A stretch of 64,000 nucleotides of DNA from Bacteroidia bacterium (GTDB lineage: Bacteria; Bacteroidota; Bacteroidia; Flavobacteriales; Flavobacteriaceae): NCBI GenBank assembly GCA_030427865.1, contig JAUICK010000007.1:76831-140830 (forward strand). The letters are read 5' to 3'. The translations under genes and the position numbers were made by a program. The notes beneath the pieces are model-generated. The model ran no database searches. It saw nothing but the letters and a program-made list of their open reading frames with translations, and was not told the origin of the DNA. Below are positions 29,487 through 38,807 of the stretch, piece by piece (position 1 is the first letter of the stretch; every line of letters begins with the position of its first letter).

Positions 29487-30146
29487 TTATAAAATTATTG
29501 TTTCTATGAATTTATCTTCTGATAATGAATCATCTAAAATCATAGAATCTAAAATTAAATCGTCCATTTTTTGTTCAGAAAGTTCTGCTTTAATAACAAT
29601 TTCATTGATTAAAGTATTATTTGCATAAGCTTCTAACTCATCATCTTCTAAAAACAAAGAGTTAATTAGCACATCATCATTAAAAGACAACAATTCTACG
29701 TTGTTCTCCTCTACTCTATTATTATCAGCATTTTGTAACCAAATGGTTAAACTTAATATAAAAACTACAGATGCAGCTGCTATATATCTAAATTGAGGTT
29801 GCAACCAAAACACTTTTTGTTTTTTTATGGCTACAGGAGTTTCTGCAATCACCTCTTCTTTTTGTATTTTATCTAAAATAGAAAGTTTAGATTTAGCAAA
29901 ATAACCCTCTGGAATATCAGTTCCTAAATACCCTTTATGATGTTGAGTAACATCTGAAATCTTTTCTTTTAAAAAGGTGTTATCAGTACTTTCTTCTTTT
30001 ATTTTTTTTAGGATAGACAACTTAGATTTCGCAAAATAATCATCAGGAAGATCTGTTCCTAAATACTCTTTGTGGTGTTTAGAAACATCTGTAAAACCTT
30101 CTTTTAAAAAGTTTTTGTTGTTTTTATTTGTAGATTTTTCCATCAT
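29487..30146 (-). CDS. Putative membrane-anchored anti-sigma factor with duplicated N-terminal motif
   Basis: Follows the ECF sigma; LGTD.P..YF motif twice; single TM helix YIAAASVVFILSLTIWL. Confidence 0.7.
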   Translation of the reverse strand: MMEKSTNKNNKNFLKEGFTDVSKHHKEYLGTDLPDDYFAKSKLSILKKIKEESTDNTFLKEKISDVTQHHKGYLGTDIPEGYFAKSKLSILDKIQKEEVIAETPVAIKKQKVFWLQPQFRYIAAASVVFILSLTIWLQNADNNRVEENNVELLSFNDDVLINSLFLEDDELEAYANNTLINEIVIKAELSEQKMDDLILDSMILDDSLSEDKFIETIIL

Positions 30147-30154
30147 TATATTAG

Positions 30155-30182
30155 TTAGACCCTAACTTTTTAAAATAGTTTG
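30155..30182 (-). promoter_or_regulatory. ECF sigma-type promoter of the anti-sigma gene
   Basis: CAAACT-N16-GTCTAA within the 39-nt gap between sigma and anti-sigma. Confidence 0.7.
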
Positions 30183-30185
30183 GAT

Positions 30186-30725
30186 TTATATAAATATTTT
30201 TTCTTCAATAATTTTTACTGCTGTATAATAGGTAGATTTTAATGTGCTCTCAGAAACATTCAAAATTTCTGATATCTGCCTAAAACTCAAATCATCAAAG
30301 TATTTCATTTGAAAAACTCTTTTTTGTTTTTCTTTAAAACCATCAATTATTGTATGGAGTTTTCTTTGAATTTCATTGCCATCAAAATATGCATCTTCAA
30401 ATAAAACTTCTAAATGAGAACTTGAAATATCATCAATATTATCAAAAGATTTTTTATTATTTTTCTCTAAAAGACGCATAGATTCATTGTAGGCAATTCT
30501 ATACATCCAAGTATGTAAAGAGCTTTTTCCTTCAAATTTACCAATGCTTTTATACACTCTAATAAATGTATTTTGCAAAACATCATCAGCGTTTTCATGC
30601 GTAGTAACTAATTTTCTAATATGCCAATACAAACGTTCTTGATACGCATCAAGCAACTCACTAAAAGCTTTGTCTTTTAATGTAGTATCTTTTAACTTTC
30701 TTACAAGTTCTTGGTCTTTACTCAA
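30186..30725 (-). CDS. ECF RNA polymerase sigma factor
   Basis: DVLQNTFIRV, TWMYRIAYNE region 2 and region 4 HTH LSFRQISEIL; TTG start. Confidence 0.93.
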   Translation of the reverse strand: MSKDQELVRKLKDTTLKDKAFSELLDAYQERLYWHIRKLVTTHENADDVLQNTFIRVYKSIGKFEGKSSLHTWMYRIAYNESMRLLEKNNKKSFDNIDDISSSHLEVLFEDAYFDGNEIQRKLHTIIDGFKEKQKRVFQMKYFDDLSFRQISEILNVSESTLKSTYYTAVKIIEEKIFI

Positions 30726-30751
30726 ATAATGGGTTTGTTAGTTGTTACTCT

Positions 30752-30779
30752 TTTGACCTTGATACATCAAAATAGTTTG
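30752..30779 (-). promoter_or_regulatory. ECF sigma autoregulatory promoter
   Basis: CAAACT-N16-GTCAAA, 26 nt upstream of the TTG start. Confidence 0.65.
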
Positions 30780-30920
30780 ATGAATTTATAAAATATTTTT
30801 TGATTTACACGAATTCTATAAATTTTACAAATAGTTTTATCGATATAAATTTGATTTATAATTCAACTATTTTTAAAATCATTTGTATTTTTATGATGTA
30901 TTAAAAGCACTATATTTCTT

Positions 30921-31679
30921 ATGAAAATCATTATATCTCCAGCAAAATCCTTAGATTTTGAAAGTACAGTACCCACAAGTTTACATACACAACCTTTGTT
31001 TTTAGAACAATCGGAAAAATTGAATAAAAAATTAAAAACACTTTCTAAAAAGAAATTATCAGACTTGATGTCTATTTCTGATGATTTGGCAAGGTTGAAC
31101 TACGAAAGAAATCAAGAATGGAAAACACCTTTTACGCCAGAAAATTCTAAACAAGCCATATATGCATTTACGGGTGAAGTTTTTAGAGGTATTGATGTAA
31201 ATACTTTAGCTGAAGAAAAGTTGCCTCTTTTGCAAGAACGCTTACGAATTTTATCAGGTTTATATGGTTTGTTAAAACCTCTGGATTTAATTCAGCCATA
31301 CAGATTAGAAATGGGAACGCGTTTAAAAGTAGGTAGAAGAGATAATTTGTATAAATTTTGGGATGACACTGTTGCCAAAGCTTTAAATGATGAAATGACT
31401 GATGATGAATTACTCATCAATTTAGCGAGTTCAGAGTATTTTAAAGTGATTCCAAAAAAGGTTTTAAAAGTACCAATGATAACCCCAGTATTTAAAGATT
31501 TTAAAAACGGACAATACAAAACCATAATGACATTTGCCAAAAAAGCTCGTGGATTAATGGTACGTTATATTATTGATAACAACATAAAAACCATCGAAAA
31601 TTTAAAAGGTTTTGATGTTGAAAATTATCGTTTTTCTGAAGAAATGTCTGAAGGAAATAATTTGGTTTTTACAAGGTAA
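30921..31679 (+). CDS. yaaA: Peroxide stress protein YaaA
   Basis: ISPAKSL, ILSGLYGLL.PLD.IQPYRLEMG, NLASSEY, AKKARG. Confidence 0.93.
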   Translation: MKIIISPAKSLDFESTVPTSLHTQPLFLEQSEKLNKKLKTLSKKKLSDLMSISDDLARLNYERNQEWKTPFTPENSKQAIYAFTGEVFRGIDVNTLAEEKLPLLQERLRILSGLYGLLKPLDLIQPYRLEMGTRLKVGRRDNLYKFWDDTVAKALNDEMTDDELLINLASSEYFKVIPKKVLKVPMITPVFKDFKNGQYKTIMTFAKKARGLMVRYIIDNNIKTIENLKGFDVENYRFSEEMSEGNNLVFTR

Positions 31680-32318
31680 ATGAAAAAGAAAACTTTTTTA
31701 AAAGCTTTTTTCTACCTTATTATTCTCTGTGTTTTAAGTATTTATTTGTCAAACTATGCCATTGAGAAAAATGCGCAAGAAAAAGTTTTTTCAGAAACTA
31801 CAAAAGTACCAAAGAATAAAGTAGGCTTAGTTTTAGGAACTTCTAAACATTTAAGAGATGGAAGAATAAACCTTTATTACAAGTATAGGTTGGAGGCTGC
31901 TATACAATTATTTAAATCTAATAAAATAGAATTTATTGTAATTAGTGGAGACAATAGCACAAAGAGTTATGATGAACCAACAAATTTTAAAGAAGATTTA
32001 ATAAAAGCTGGAATTCCAAAAAATAAAATCTATTTAGACTATGCAGGTTTTAGAACTTTAGATTCTGTGGTTAGAATAAAAGAAATTTTTGGACAAACTT
32101 CTGTAACAATAATATCTCAAGAATTTCATATTGAAAGAGCCATTTATTTAGCAGAACATTTCAATATAAAAACAATTGGTTTTAATGCAAAAGATATCTC
32201 AGGTAAATATGGTTTAAAAGTAAAATTAAGAGAATATTTAGCAAGAGTAAAGGTCTTTGTAGATATTATTTTTAAAGTAGAACCAAAGTTTTTAGGTAAA
32301 AAGATTGAAATTGAATAA
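31680..32318 (+). CDS. sanA: SanA/YdcF (DUF218) family protein
   Basis: GLVLGTSK, ISGDN, DYAGFRTLDS, SQEFH.ERA, REYLARVK. Confidence 0.88.
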   Translation: MKKKTFLKAFFYLIILCVLSIYLSNYAIEKNAQEKVFSETTKVPKNKVGLVLGTSKHLRDGRINLYYKYRLEAAIQLFKSNKIEFIVISGDNSTKSYDEPTNFKEDLIKAGIPKNKIYLDYAGFRTLDSVVRIKEIFGQTSVTIISQEFHIERAIYLAEHFNIKTIGFNAKDISGKYGLKVKLREYLARVKVFVDIIFKVEPKFLGKKIEIE

Positions 32319-32325
32319 CTTTTCC

Positions 32326-32368
32326 AACTTTGAGACTTTGAGACTTTGAGACTTTGAGACTTTGAGAC
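32326..32368 (+). repeat. Octamer tandem repeat (ACTTTGAG)x5.4
   Basis: Five exact units plus a partial unit, between the convergent sanA and sdaA stops. Confidence 0.95.
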
Positions 32369-32376
32369 TAAAAAAA

Positions 32377-33801
32377 TCAACAATCTGCTAAACCTACATT
32401 AATTGCTAAACCACCTTCAGAAGTTTCTTTGTAGTTTTTATGCATATCTTTTGCTGTTTCCCACATGGTGTCAATAACCTTATCTAAAGGTACTTTTACC
32501 TCTTTGGGATCCGTTTCTAACGCCATTTCTGCTGCATTAATCGCTTTTATGGCACCCATAGAATTACGCTCAATACAGGGTACTTGTACCAAACCTCCAA
32601 TTGGATCGCATGTTAAACCCAAATGGTGCTCCATAGCAATTTCTGCTGCCACTAAACATTGTGCTGGTGTACCTCCTAATAATTCTGTCAAAGCAGCTGC
32701 AGCCATTGCAGAAGAAACACCTATTTCTGCTTGACAACCACCCATTGCTGCAGAAATTGTGGCATTTTTCTTAAAAATACTACCTATTTCTCCAGCCGTT
32801 AATAAAAATTGTTTGATGTGTTTAAAATCTGCTTCGTGATTTTCTATCACCAAATAATACATTAATACAGCAGGAATTACACCTGCGCTTCCGTTTGTTG
32901 GTGCAGTTACAACTCTACCTAAAGATGCATTAACTTCATTTACAGAAAGCGCAAAACAGCTTACCCATTTTAAAATTTCTCTAAACTTAACCTCTGTATT
33001 TCTAATGGCAGTAATCCATTCTTTTTGATTGGAATACACCCCATCTTTTATCAATCTTTGATGCGTATTGTATGCACGTCTTTTTACGTTTAATCCTCCT
33101 GGAAGTATGCCTTCTGTATGACAACCTATGTACATACATTCTAACATGGTTTCCCAAATTCTTGATAATTCAGCATCTATTTTTTCTGCTGAATTTATTT
33201 CTAACTCATTTCTTAAAACAATATCAGAAATTAGCAAATCATTTTTTTCACAATATTCTTCTAATTGTTTTGCTCTATTTATTGGATACGGAAAATTTTG
33301 TTTGTTGATTTCTATTTCCTCTTCTAAACTATCATTTTCTTGCACAATAAAACCTCCTCCAATAGAATAATAAGTCTCTGTTGATATTTCTTGCCCTTTA
33401 GAAAATCCTCTAAACGTAACACCATTAGAATGAAATGGTAAAAAATTGCGATTAAAAACAATTGAATTCTTTAAAAAAGGAATTTTTTTTCCGCCTTTAA
33501 AATGGATTTCTTCTTGTTCGTTAATTCTGTCAACAATAATAAAAATATCTTCAATGGGAATATATTCTGGGTCAGCTTCACTTAACCCCAACAAAATAGC
33601 TAAATCTGTAGCATGCCCTTTTCCTGTTAAAGATAAAGAGCCATACAAATCTACTTTTACAGCATCAATTTCATCAAAAACATGGGTATTTCTAATTTTT
33701 TGAATCCATTCTTGAGCAGCTCTCCAAGGACCTAATGTATGCGAACTTGATGGACCTACACCAATTTTAAGCATATCAAAAACACTAATAAATTGCGACA
33801 T
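32377..33801 (-). CDS. sdaA: L-serine ammonia-lyase (Fe-S dependent, single chain)
   Basis: KIGVGPSSSHT.GP, APTNGSAG, GGCQAEIG, GLTCDP..GLVQVPCIERN. Confidence 0.96.
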   Translation of the reverse strand: MSQFISVFDMLKIGVGPSSSHTLGPWRAAQEWIQKIRNTHVFDEIDAVKVDLYGSLSLTGKGHATDLAILLGLSEADPEYIPIEDIFIIVDRINEQEEIHFKGGKKIPFLKNSIVFNRNFLPFHSNGVTFRGFSKGQEISTETYYSIGGGFIVQENDSLEEEIEINKQNFPYPINRAKQLEEYCEKNDLLISDIVLRNELEINSAEKIDAELSRIWETMLECMYIGCHTEGILPGGLNVKRRAYNTHQRLIKDGVYSNQKEWITAIRNTEVKFREILKWVSCFALSVNEVNASLGRVVTAPTNGSAGVIPAVLMYYLVIENHEADFKHIKQFLLTAGEIGSIFKKNATISAAMGGCQAEIGVSSAMAAAALTELLGGTPAQCLVAAEIAMEHHLGLTCDPIGGLVQVPCIERNSMGAIKAINAAEMALETDPKEVKVPLDKVIDTMWETAKDMHKNYKETSEGGLAINVGLADC

Positions 33802-33836
33802 TCGTAAAAATGATTAAAAAATATGCTGTAAATGTA

Positions 33837-33866
33837 AAAAATCCAACTCAAATGAGTTGGATTTTT
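33837..33866. terminator. Intrinsic terminator downstream of the DUF2853 gene
   Basis: 14-bp inverted repeat AAAAATCCAACTCA / TGAGTTGGATTTTT. Confidence 0.85.
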
Positions 33867-33890
33867 ATAGTTTATTAAAACGGTAAGATT

Positions 33891-34232
33891 TTAGAAACCA
33901 TAAACAGATTCTTTATCAAACTTCTTTACTAACATATAGTAAACACAAGCTCTATATTTGTTTCTTTCAGATTTTCCAATTCTTTCCATCACTTCTTCAA
34001 TCCCTTCGTCTAACTCTTTGCTATCAGTTAAACCTAATTTTTTAATTAAGAAATTGTTTTTTACCGTAGCTAACTCTTTTGGGTCAGAACCAGAAACCGT
34101 TTCTGCATCAGCTTTGTAAATAGAAGGACCTAAGCCTTTAGTTACTGCTGCTAATAATTCTGTATTTGAACGTAGATTTCTATCGTCCATAAATTTTTTG
34201 TACAAAGCAACTTTTTCGTCGAATTTACTCAT
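33891..34232 (-). CDS. DUF2853 family protein
   Basis: LGPSIY..DAETVSGSD..EL..VK.NFL.KKLG, KYRA..YY motif. Confidence 0.8.
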   Translation of the reverse strand: MSKFDEKVALYKKFMDDRNLRSNTELLAAVTKGLGPSIYKADAETVSGSDPKELATVKNNFLIKKLGLTDSKELDEGIEEVMERIGKSERNKYRACVYYMLVKKFDKESVYGF

Positions 34233-34281
34233 AATCTTGTGTTTAATGTATTAAGTTTTATTTCATTTTTATTGAACAATC

Positions 34282-34311
34282 CAAATATAAGAAAATAATA
34301 ATTGTATTCAA
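34282..34311 (-). promoter_or_regulatory. Complete Bacteroidetes housekeeping promoter of the DUF2853 gene
   Basis: TTG-N19-TATATTTG on the minus strand. Confidence 0.7.
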
Positions 34312-34412
34312 ATTGGATTTGTTTCTAATACTTAGATACATTTTGTGTCAATATGTCACATCATTTTTAAATATTTTTTAAAAAAACTGACATTTTTCAG
34401 TCAAAAAGTGGT

Positions 34413-34427
34413 TGGCATACCATTTGA
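34413..34427 (+). promoter_or_regulatory. Candidate sigma-54-type (-24/-12) promoter of dnaK
   Basis: TGGCATACCATTTGA: GG-N10-GA versus consensus TGGCAC-N5-TTGC. Confidence 0.45.
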
Positions 34428-34478
34428 CTAATAGAAAATGTAAAATTGAAAAACGAATTTTAATACAAAATAAATATT

Positions 34479-36386
34479 ATGAGTAAAATTATAGGAATAG
34501 ATTTAGGAACAACCAATTCGTGTGTTTCTGTAATGGAAGGTAATGAGCCAGTTGTAATTCCTAATGCTGAAGGAAAAAGAACTACACCATCTATTGTTGC
34601 CTTTGTAGAAGGAGGAGAACGTAAGATTGGTGATCCAGCAAAAAGACAAGCAGTAACAAACCCAACTAAAACGGTTTATTCGATTAAGCGTTTTATGGGG
34701 AATAAATTCTCTGAATCTTCTAAAGAAGTAAACAGAGTACCTTATAAAGTAGTAAAAGGAGATAATGATACACCAAGAGTAGATATTGACGGTCGTTTAT
34801 ACACACCTCAAGAAATTTCTGCAATGGTATTGCAAAAAATGAAAAAAACGGCAGAAGATTATTTAGGTACTGATGTATCTGCTGCTGTAATTACTGTACC
34901 TGCATACTTTAATGATGCACAAAGACAAGCTACTAAAGAAGCTGGTGAAATTGCTGGTTTAAAAGTAGAAAGAATTATTAACGAGCCTACTGCTGCAGCT
35001 TTAGCTTACGGTTTAGACAAAGCAAACGACGATAAAAAAATTGTGGTTTTTGACTTTGGTGGTGGTACACATGACGTTTCTATCTTAGAATTAGGAGATG
35101 GTGTTTTTGAAGTATTAGCTACTGATGGAGATACACATTTAGGGGGTGATGATGTTGATGAAAAAATTATCAATTGGTTAGCTGATGAGTTTCAAGCTGA
35201 TGAAAATATGGATTTAAGAAAAGATCCAATGGCTTTACAACGTTTAAAAGAAGCTGCAGAAAAAGCAAAAATTGAATTATCAAGTTCTACATCTACAGAA
35301 ATAAACTTACCTTATGTTACTGCTACAGCAAGTGGTCCAAAACACTTGGTAAGAACTTTAAGTAGAGCAAAATTTGAGCAATTAATTGACGATTTAATCA
35401 AAAGAACCATAGAACCATGTAAAACAGCTTTAAAAAATGCTGATTTATCTACTTCTGATATTGATGAAATTATCTTAGTAGGTGGTTCTACAAGAATTCC
35501 TGCCATTCAAGAAGCTGTTGAAAAATTCTTTGGTAAAGCACCAAGTAAAGGGGTAAACCCAGATGAAGTAGTTTCTTTAGGAGCTGCAATTCAAGGTGGT
35601 GTTTTAACTGGTGATGTAAAAGATGTGCTGTTATTAGACGTAACACCTTTATCATTAGGAATCGAAACAATGGGGAATGTTTTCACAAAATTAATTGATG
35701 CAAACACAACCATTCCAACTAAAAAATCGCAAGTTTTCTCAACTGCTGTAGACAATCAACCTTCTGTAGAAATCCACGTTTTACAAGGAGAAAGAGCTAT
35801 GGCTGCTGACAACAAAACTATTGGACGCTTCCATTTAGATGGTATTCCACCAGCAGGAAGAGGAATTCCTCAGATTGAAGTAACTTTCGATATTGATGCC
35901 AATGGTATTATTAAAGTTTCTGCAACAGATAAAGCAACCAATAAAACGCAAGACATTAGAATTGAAGCTTCTTCTGGATTAACTGAAGAAGAAATCGAAA
36001 AAATGCGTCAAGAAGCAGAAGCAAATGCAGATGCTGATAAATTAGCGAAAGAAACTGCTGAAAAAATCAACGGAGCTGACTCTATGATTTTCCAAACAGA
36101 AAAACAATTAAAAGAATTTGGGGATAAATTATCTGCAGAGAAAAAAGAGCCAATAGAAGCTGCTTTAACAGAATTAAAAGCTGCTCACGAGTCTAAAGAT
36201 TTAGCTCAAATTGATGCTGCTATGGAAAAGATTAATGAAGCCTGGAAAGCTGCTTCAGAAGAAATGTATGCTGCTCAACAACAAGCAGGTGGTGCAGATG
36301 CTGGAGCACAACAAGGTCAGCCAGAAGCGAATAATACAGAGCAAGGAGACAATGTAGAAGATGTTGACTTTGAAGAAGTAAAGTAA
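34479..36386 (+). CDS. dnaK: Molecular chaperone DnaK
   Basis: [42 protein letters not shown]. Confidence 0.99.
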   Translation: MSKIIGIDLGTTNSCVSVMEGNEPVVIPNAEGKRTTPSIVAFVEGGERKIGDPAKRQAVTNPTKTVYSIKRFMGNKFSESSKEVNRVPYKVVKGDNDTPRVDIDGRLYTPQEISAMVLQKMKKTAEDYLGTDVSAAVITVPAYFNDAQRQATKEAGEIAGLKVERIINEPTAAALAYGLDKANDDKKIVVFDFGGGTHDVSILELGDGVFEVLATDGDTHLGGDDVDEKIINWLADEFQADENMDLRKDPMALQRLKEAAEKAKIELSSSTSTEINLPYVTATASGPKHLVRTLSRAKFEQLIDDLIKRTIEPCKTALKNADLSTSDIDEIILVGGSTRIPAIQEAVEKFFGKAPSKGVNPDEVVSLGAAIQGGVLTGDVKDVLLLDVTPLSLGIETMGNVFTKLIDANTTIPTKKSQVFSTAVDNQPSVEIHVLQGERAMAADNKTIGRFHLDGIPPAGRGIPQIEVTFDIDANGIIKVSATDKATNKTQDIRIEASSGLTEEEIEKMRQEAEANADADKLAKETAEKINGADSMIFQTEKQLKEFGDKLSAEKKEPIEAALTELKAAHESKDLAQIDAAMEKINEAWKAASEEMYAAQQQAGGADAGAQQGQPEANNTEQGDNVEDVDFEEVK

Positions 36387-36426
36387 GCAGAGAACCAAAA
36401 TTTCCATAGAAATTTTGTGTGAATCG

Positions 36427-36452
36427 CTTATTCCGTTGAAAAACGGAATCTA
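36427..36452 (+). repeat. Degenerate REP-like hairpin
   Basis: ATTCCGTT-gaa-AAACGGAATCTA; resembles the element at 47038. Confidence 0.5.
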
Positions 36453-36501
36453 TTCAAGGCAATCCTTCTAAACAAAATTAGTTTAGAGTCTATATATATC
36501 T

Positions 36502-36531
36502 AAAACGCAATCATTTTTGGTTGCGTTTTTT
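36502..36531 (+). terminator. Intrinsic terminator of dnaK
   Basis: AAAACGCAATC-attttt-GGTTGCGTTTT plus T-run. Confidence 0.8.
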
Positions 36532-36537
36532 ATATTT

Positions 36538-36602
36538 CAATGCGAGAAACAAAGCAATCTCTTTGCGATAAATTCAGATTGCTTCATTACATTCGCAATG
36601 AC
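36538..36602. repeat. Inverted pair of REP-like units
   Basis: TGCGAG..AAGCAATCT ... AGATTGCTT..TTCGCAATGAC. Confidence 0.65.
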
Positions 36603-36618
36603 GTTTTAAATTCCAATT

Positions 36619-37143
36619 TTGAAAACCTACGACCAAAAAAACTTTTTCAAACATACTTTTTGTGAATTCAAACAAGTAGAGTGTTTTAATTTCCCAGAAA
36701 ACACCAATTACAAAAGTAAATCTGAAAGTGTGTATTTTTATACTGAAAAAGGTGTGTATAGAAAATCCAATCATTGGGGAAGAGTTGCCAATTGTAGATG
36801 GAAGCTAATTTCAAATGAAAACTATAAAACCCAAAACACTGTAATTGGTTTTGCAAAATGGAGGGATTTCTACCCTATCAATTCAACAGAAAAACAATTT
36901 TTTATAGAAGTCAATTTTGAAAAAAAGTCAGCAAAACTTAAACCAAAAAAAAACAATTCTACTACATTTTTATTTTCATTTTCTGAAGCTCAAAAGAAAA
37001 CTCGACAAATTAATCATTTATTAAAAAATGATAATTGGGCACAACATTTTGATATTCCATTAGAAGATTTGCAGCAAAAAATTATTACGAAGTTTATCAA
37101 TTCTAACAAAACTCTCCAAGAAATAAAAAGAAGTTTCAAATAA
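36619..37143 (+). CDS. Hypothetical protein
   Basis: 174 aa; SESVYFYT..GVYRKSNHWGRVANCRW looks like a conserved family motif. Confidence 0.7.
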   Translation: MKTYDQKNFFKHTFCEFKQVECFNFPENTNYKSKSESVYFYTEKGVYRKSNHWGRVANCRWKLISNENYKTQNTVIGFAKWRDFYPINSTEKQFFIEVNFEKKSAKLKPKKNNSTTFLFSFSEAQKKTRQINHLLKNDNWAQHFDIPLEDLQQKIITKFINSNKTLQEIKRSFK

Positions 37144-37209
37144 GAAATCAGCACTTTTCAGTAAATTTGTTTTTTAAATTCTAAATAGCTAACAATCCAA
37201 AAATCTAAT

Positions 37210-38502
37210 ATGAATATTCCACAAACAAGTTTTCCAAGAGTAGTAATTATTGGAGGAGGATTTGCAGGTTTAGCTGCTGCTAAAGGTTTAGAAGAACAAG
37301 AATTACAAGTTGTTTTAATAGATAAACATAACTATCATACGTTTCAACCACTACTTTATCAAGTAGCAACTGGAGGTTTAGAGCCAGATTCTATTGCTTT
37401 TCCTTTGAGAAAACGTTTTAATGATGTTGAGAATTTCTATTTTAGATTAGCAGAAGTAGTTAAAATTCACCCTAAGAAAAACACACTAGAAACTACTATT
37501 GGTAATTTAGATTACGATCAATTAATTATAGCAACTGGTTCTACTACCAACTTTTTTGGAAATACTAACATCCAAAAGTTTGCTATGGAAATGAAATCTA
37601 TTCCACAATCTTTAAACATCAGAAGTTTAATTTTAGAAAATTTTGAAGAAGCTTTGTTAACTTCTAATATAGATGAAAGAAATGCCTTAATGAATTTTGT
37701 AATTGTTGGTGGTGGACCAACTGGTGTAGAATTGGCAGGTGCTTTGGCAGAAATGAAAAAGGCAATTTTACCAAAAGATTACCCAGATTTAGACATCAGA
37801 CAAATGCAAATTAATTTGATACAAAGTTCTGACTGTTTATTGAAAGGAATGAGTGCAAAAGCATCTGAAAAAGCAGAAGATTTTTTAATTGGCTTAGGCG
37901 TAAATGTTTGGAAAAACTTACGTGTTTTAGATTATGATGGAAAAACTGTTAAAACCAATGGAATAGATCATTTTAGAGCAGAAACCGTTATTTGGGCGGC
38001 AGGAGTAAAAGGAGAAACTATTAATGGTATAGAAGCAGAATGTATTGTTGAGAGAGCTAAAAGAATTAAAGTAAATGAATTCAATCAAGTTATACATTAT
38101 ACCAATATTTATGCTGTGGGAGATGTGGCTTGTATGTCAACAAAAGAAAACCCTTATGGACACCCAATGATGGCACAACCTGCTATTCAACAAGGAAAAT
38201 TAGTCGCTAAAAATATCTTATCAAAATTAAAAAACAAACAGCAAAAAGCGTTTGTTTATAATGATAAAGGAGCTATGGCTACTATTGGAAGAAATAAAGC
38301 GGTTGTAGATTTACCCAAATGGAAATTTCAAGGCGTTTTTGCTTGGTTTGTTTGGATGTTTGTACATCTATTTTCTCTTATCGGGTTCAGAAATAAAGCC
38401 ATTGTTTTTCTTAATTGGGTATATAATTACATTCGATTTGACAGAGAAACGCGCTTAATTATTCGACCTTATAAAAAGAAAAACAAGCAGATTAATTTCT
38501 AA
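37210..38502 (+). CDS. ndh: Type II NADH dehydrogenase-like FAD/NAD oxidoreductase
   Basis: IIGGGFAG, FQPLLYQVATG, VGGGPTGVELAG, AVGD, AQPAIQQG; -7 box TAAATTTG at 37162-37169. Confidence 0.88.
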   Translation: MNIPQTSFPRVVIIGGGFAGLAAAKGLEEQELQVVLIDKHNYHTFQPLLYQVATGGLEPDSIAFPLRKRFNDVENFYFRLAEVVKIHPKKNTLETTIGNLDYDQLIIATGSTTNFFGNTNIQKFAMEMKSIPQSLNIRSLILENFEEALLTSNIDERNALMNFVIVGGGPTGVELAGALAEMKKAILPKDYPDLDIRQMQINLIQSSDCLLKGMSAKASEKAEDFLIGLGVNVWKNLRVLDYDGKTVKTNGIDHFRAETVIWAAGVKGETINGIEAECIVERAKRIKVNEFNQVIHYTNIYAVGDVACMSTKENPYGHPMMAQPAIQQGKLVAKNILSKLKNKQQKAFVYNDKGAMATIGRNKAVVDLPKWKFQGVFAWFVWMFVHLFSLIGFRNKAIVFLNWVYNYIRFDRETRLIIRPYKKKNKQINF

Positions 38503-38807
38503 TGGGTACAAAGATTATAAAATGTTCTGAGTGTGCTACAATTAATAAAAATACAGACTATTGCACATTCTGCAATTCTCTGATATCTGATGCTAAAAAA
38601 AGAGAACAAAAAGCAGCTAAAGTAAAACAAGCAGAAATTGATAAAGCTGTTAAAAAGTTAGAAAACCCGAGTTTAGCAGAACGTTTAAAAAAACATCCTT
38701 ACTTTTTGTATAAAATTTTAGGTTGGATTTTATATTCTGCAATTATGATAGTGAGTGCAATTGGTGCAGGTTTAGCATGGTTTATTGCAATGATAGCAGC
38801 AGGTTAA
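38502..38807 (+). CDS. Small zinc-ribbon membrane protein
   Basis: CSEC..CTFC plus C-terminal TM helix; overlaps the ndh stop by 1 nt. Confidence 0.7.
   Translation: MGTKIIKCSECATINKNTDYCTFCNSLISDAKKREQKAAKVKQAEIDKAVKKLENPSLAERLKKHPYFLYKILGWILYSAIMIVSAIGAGLAWFIAMIAAG

Noticed and set aside
32144-32383. 79-aa ORF with VSKSQSLKVSKSQS repeats
   Set aside because: Translation of the octamer VNTR, antisense to sanA
34233-34478. CIRCE/HrcA operator upstream of dnaK
   Set aside because: No TTAGCACTC-N9-GAGTGCTAA-like sequence
36574-36774. 66-aa minus-strand ORF ending RHCECNEAI
   Set aside because: The tail is a REP translation and the rest is antisense to a better ORF
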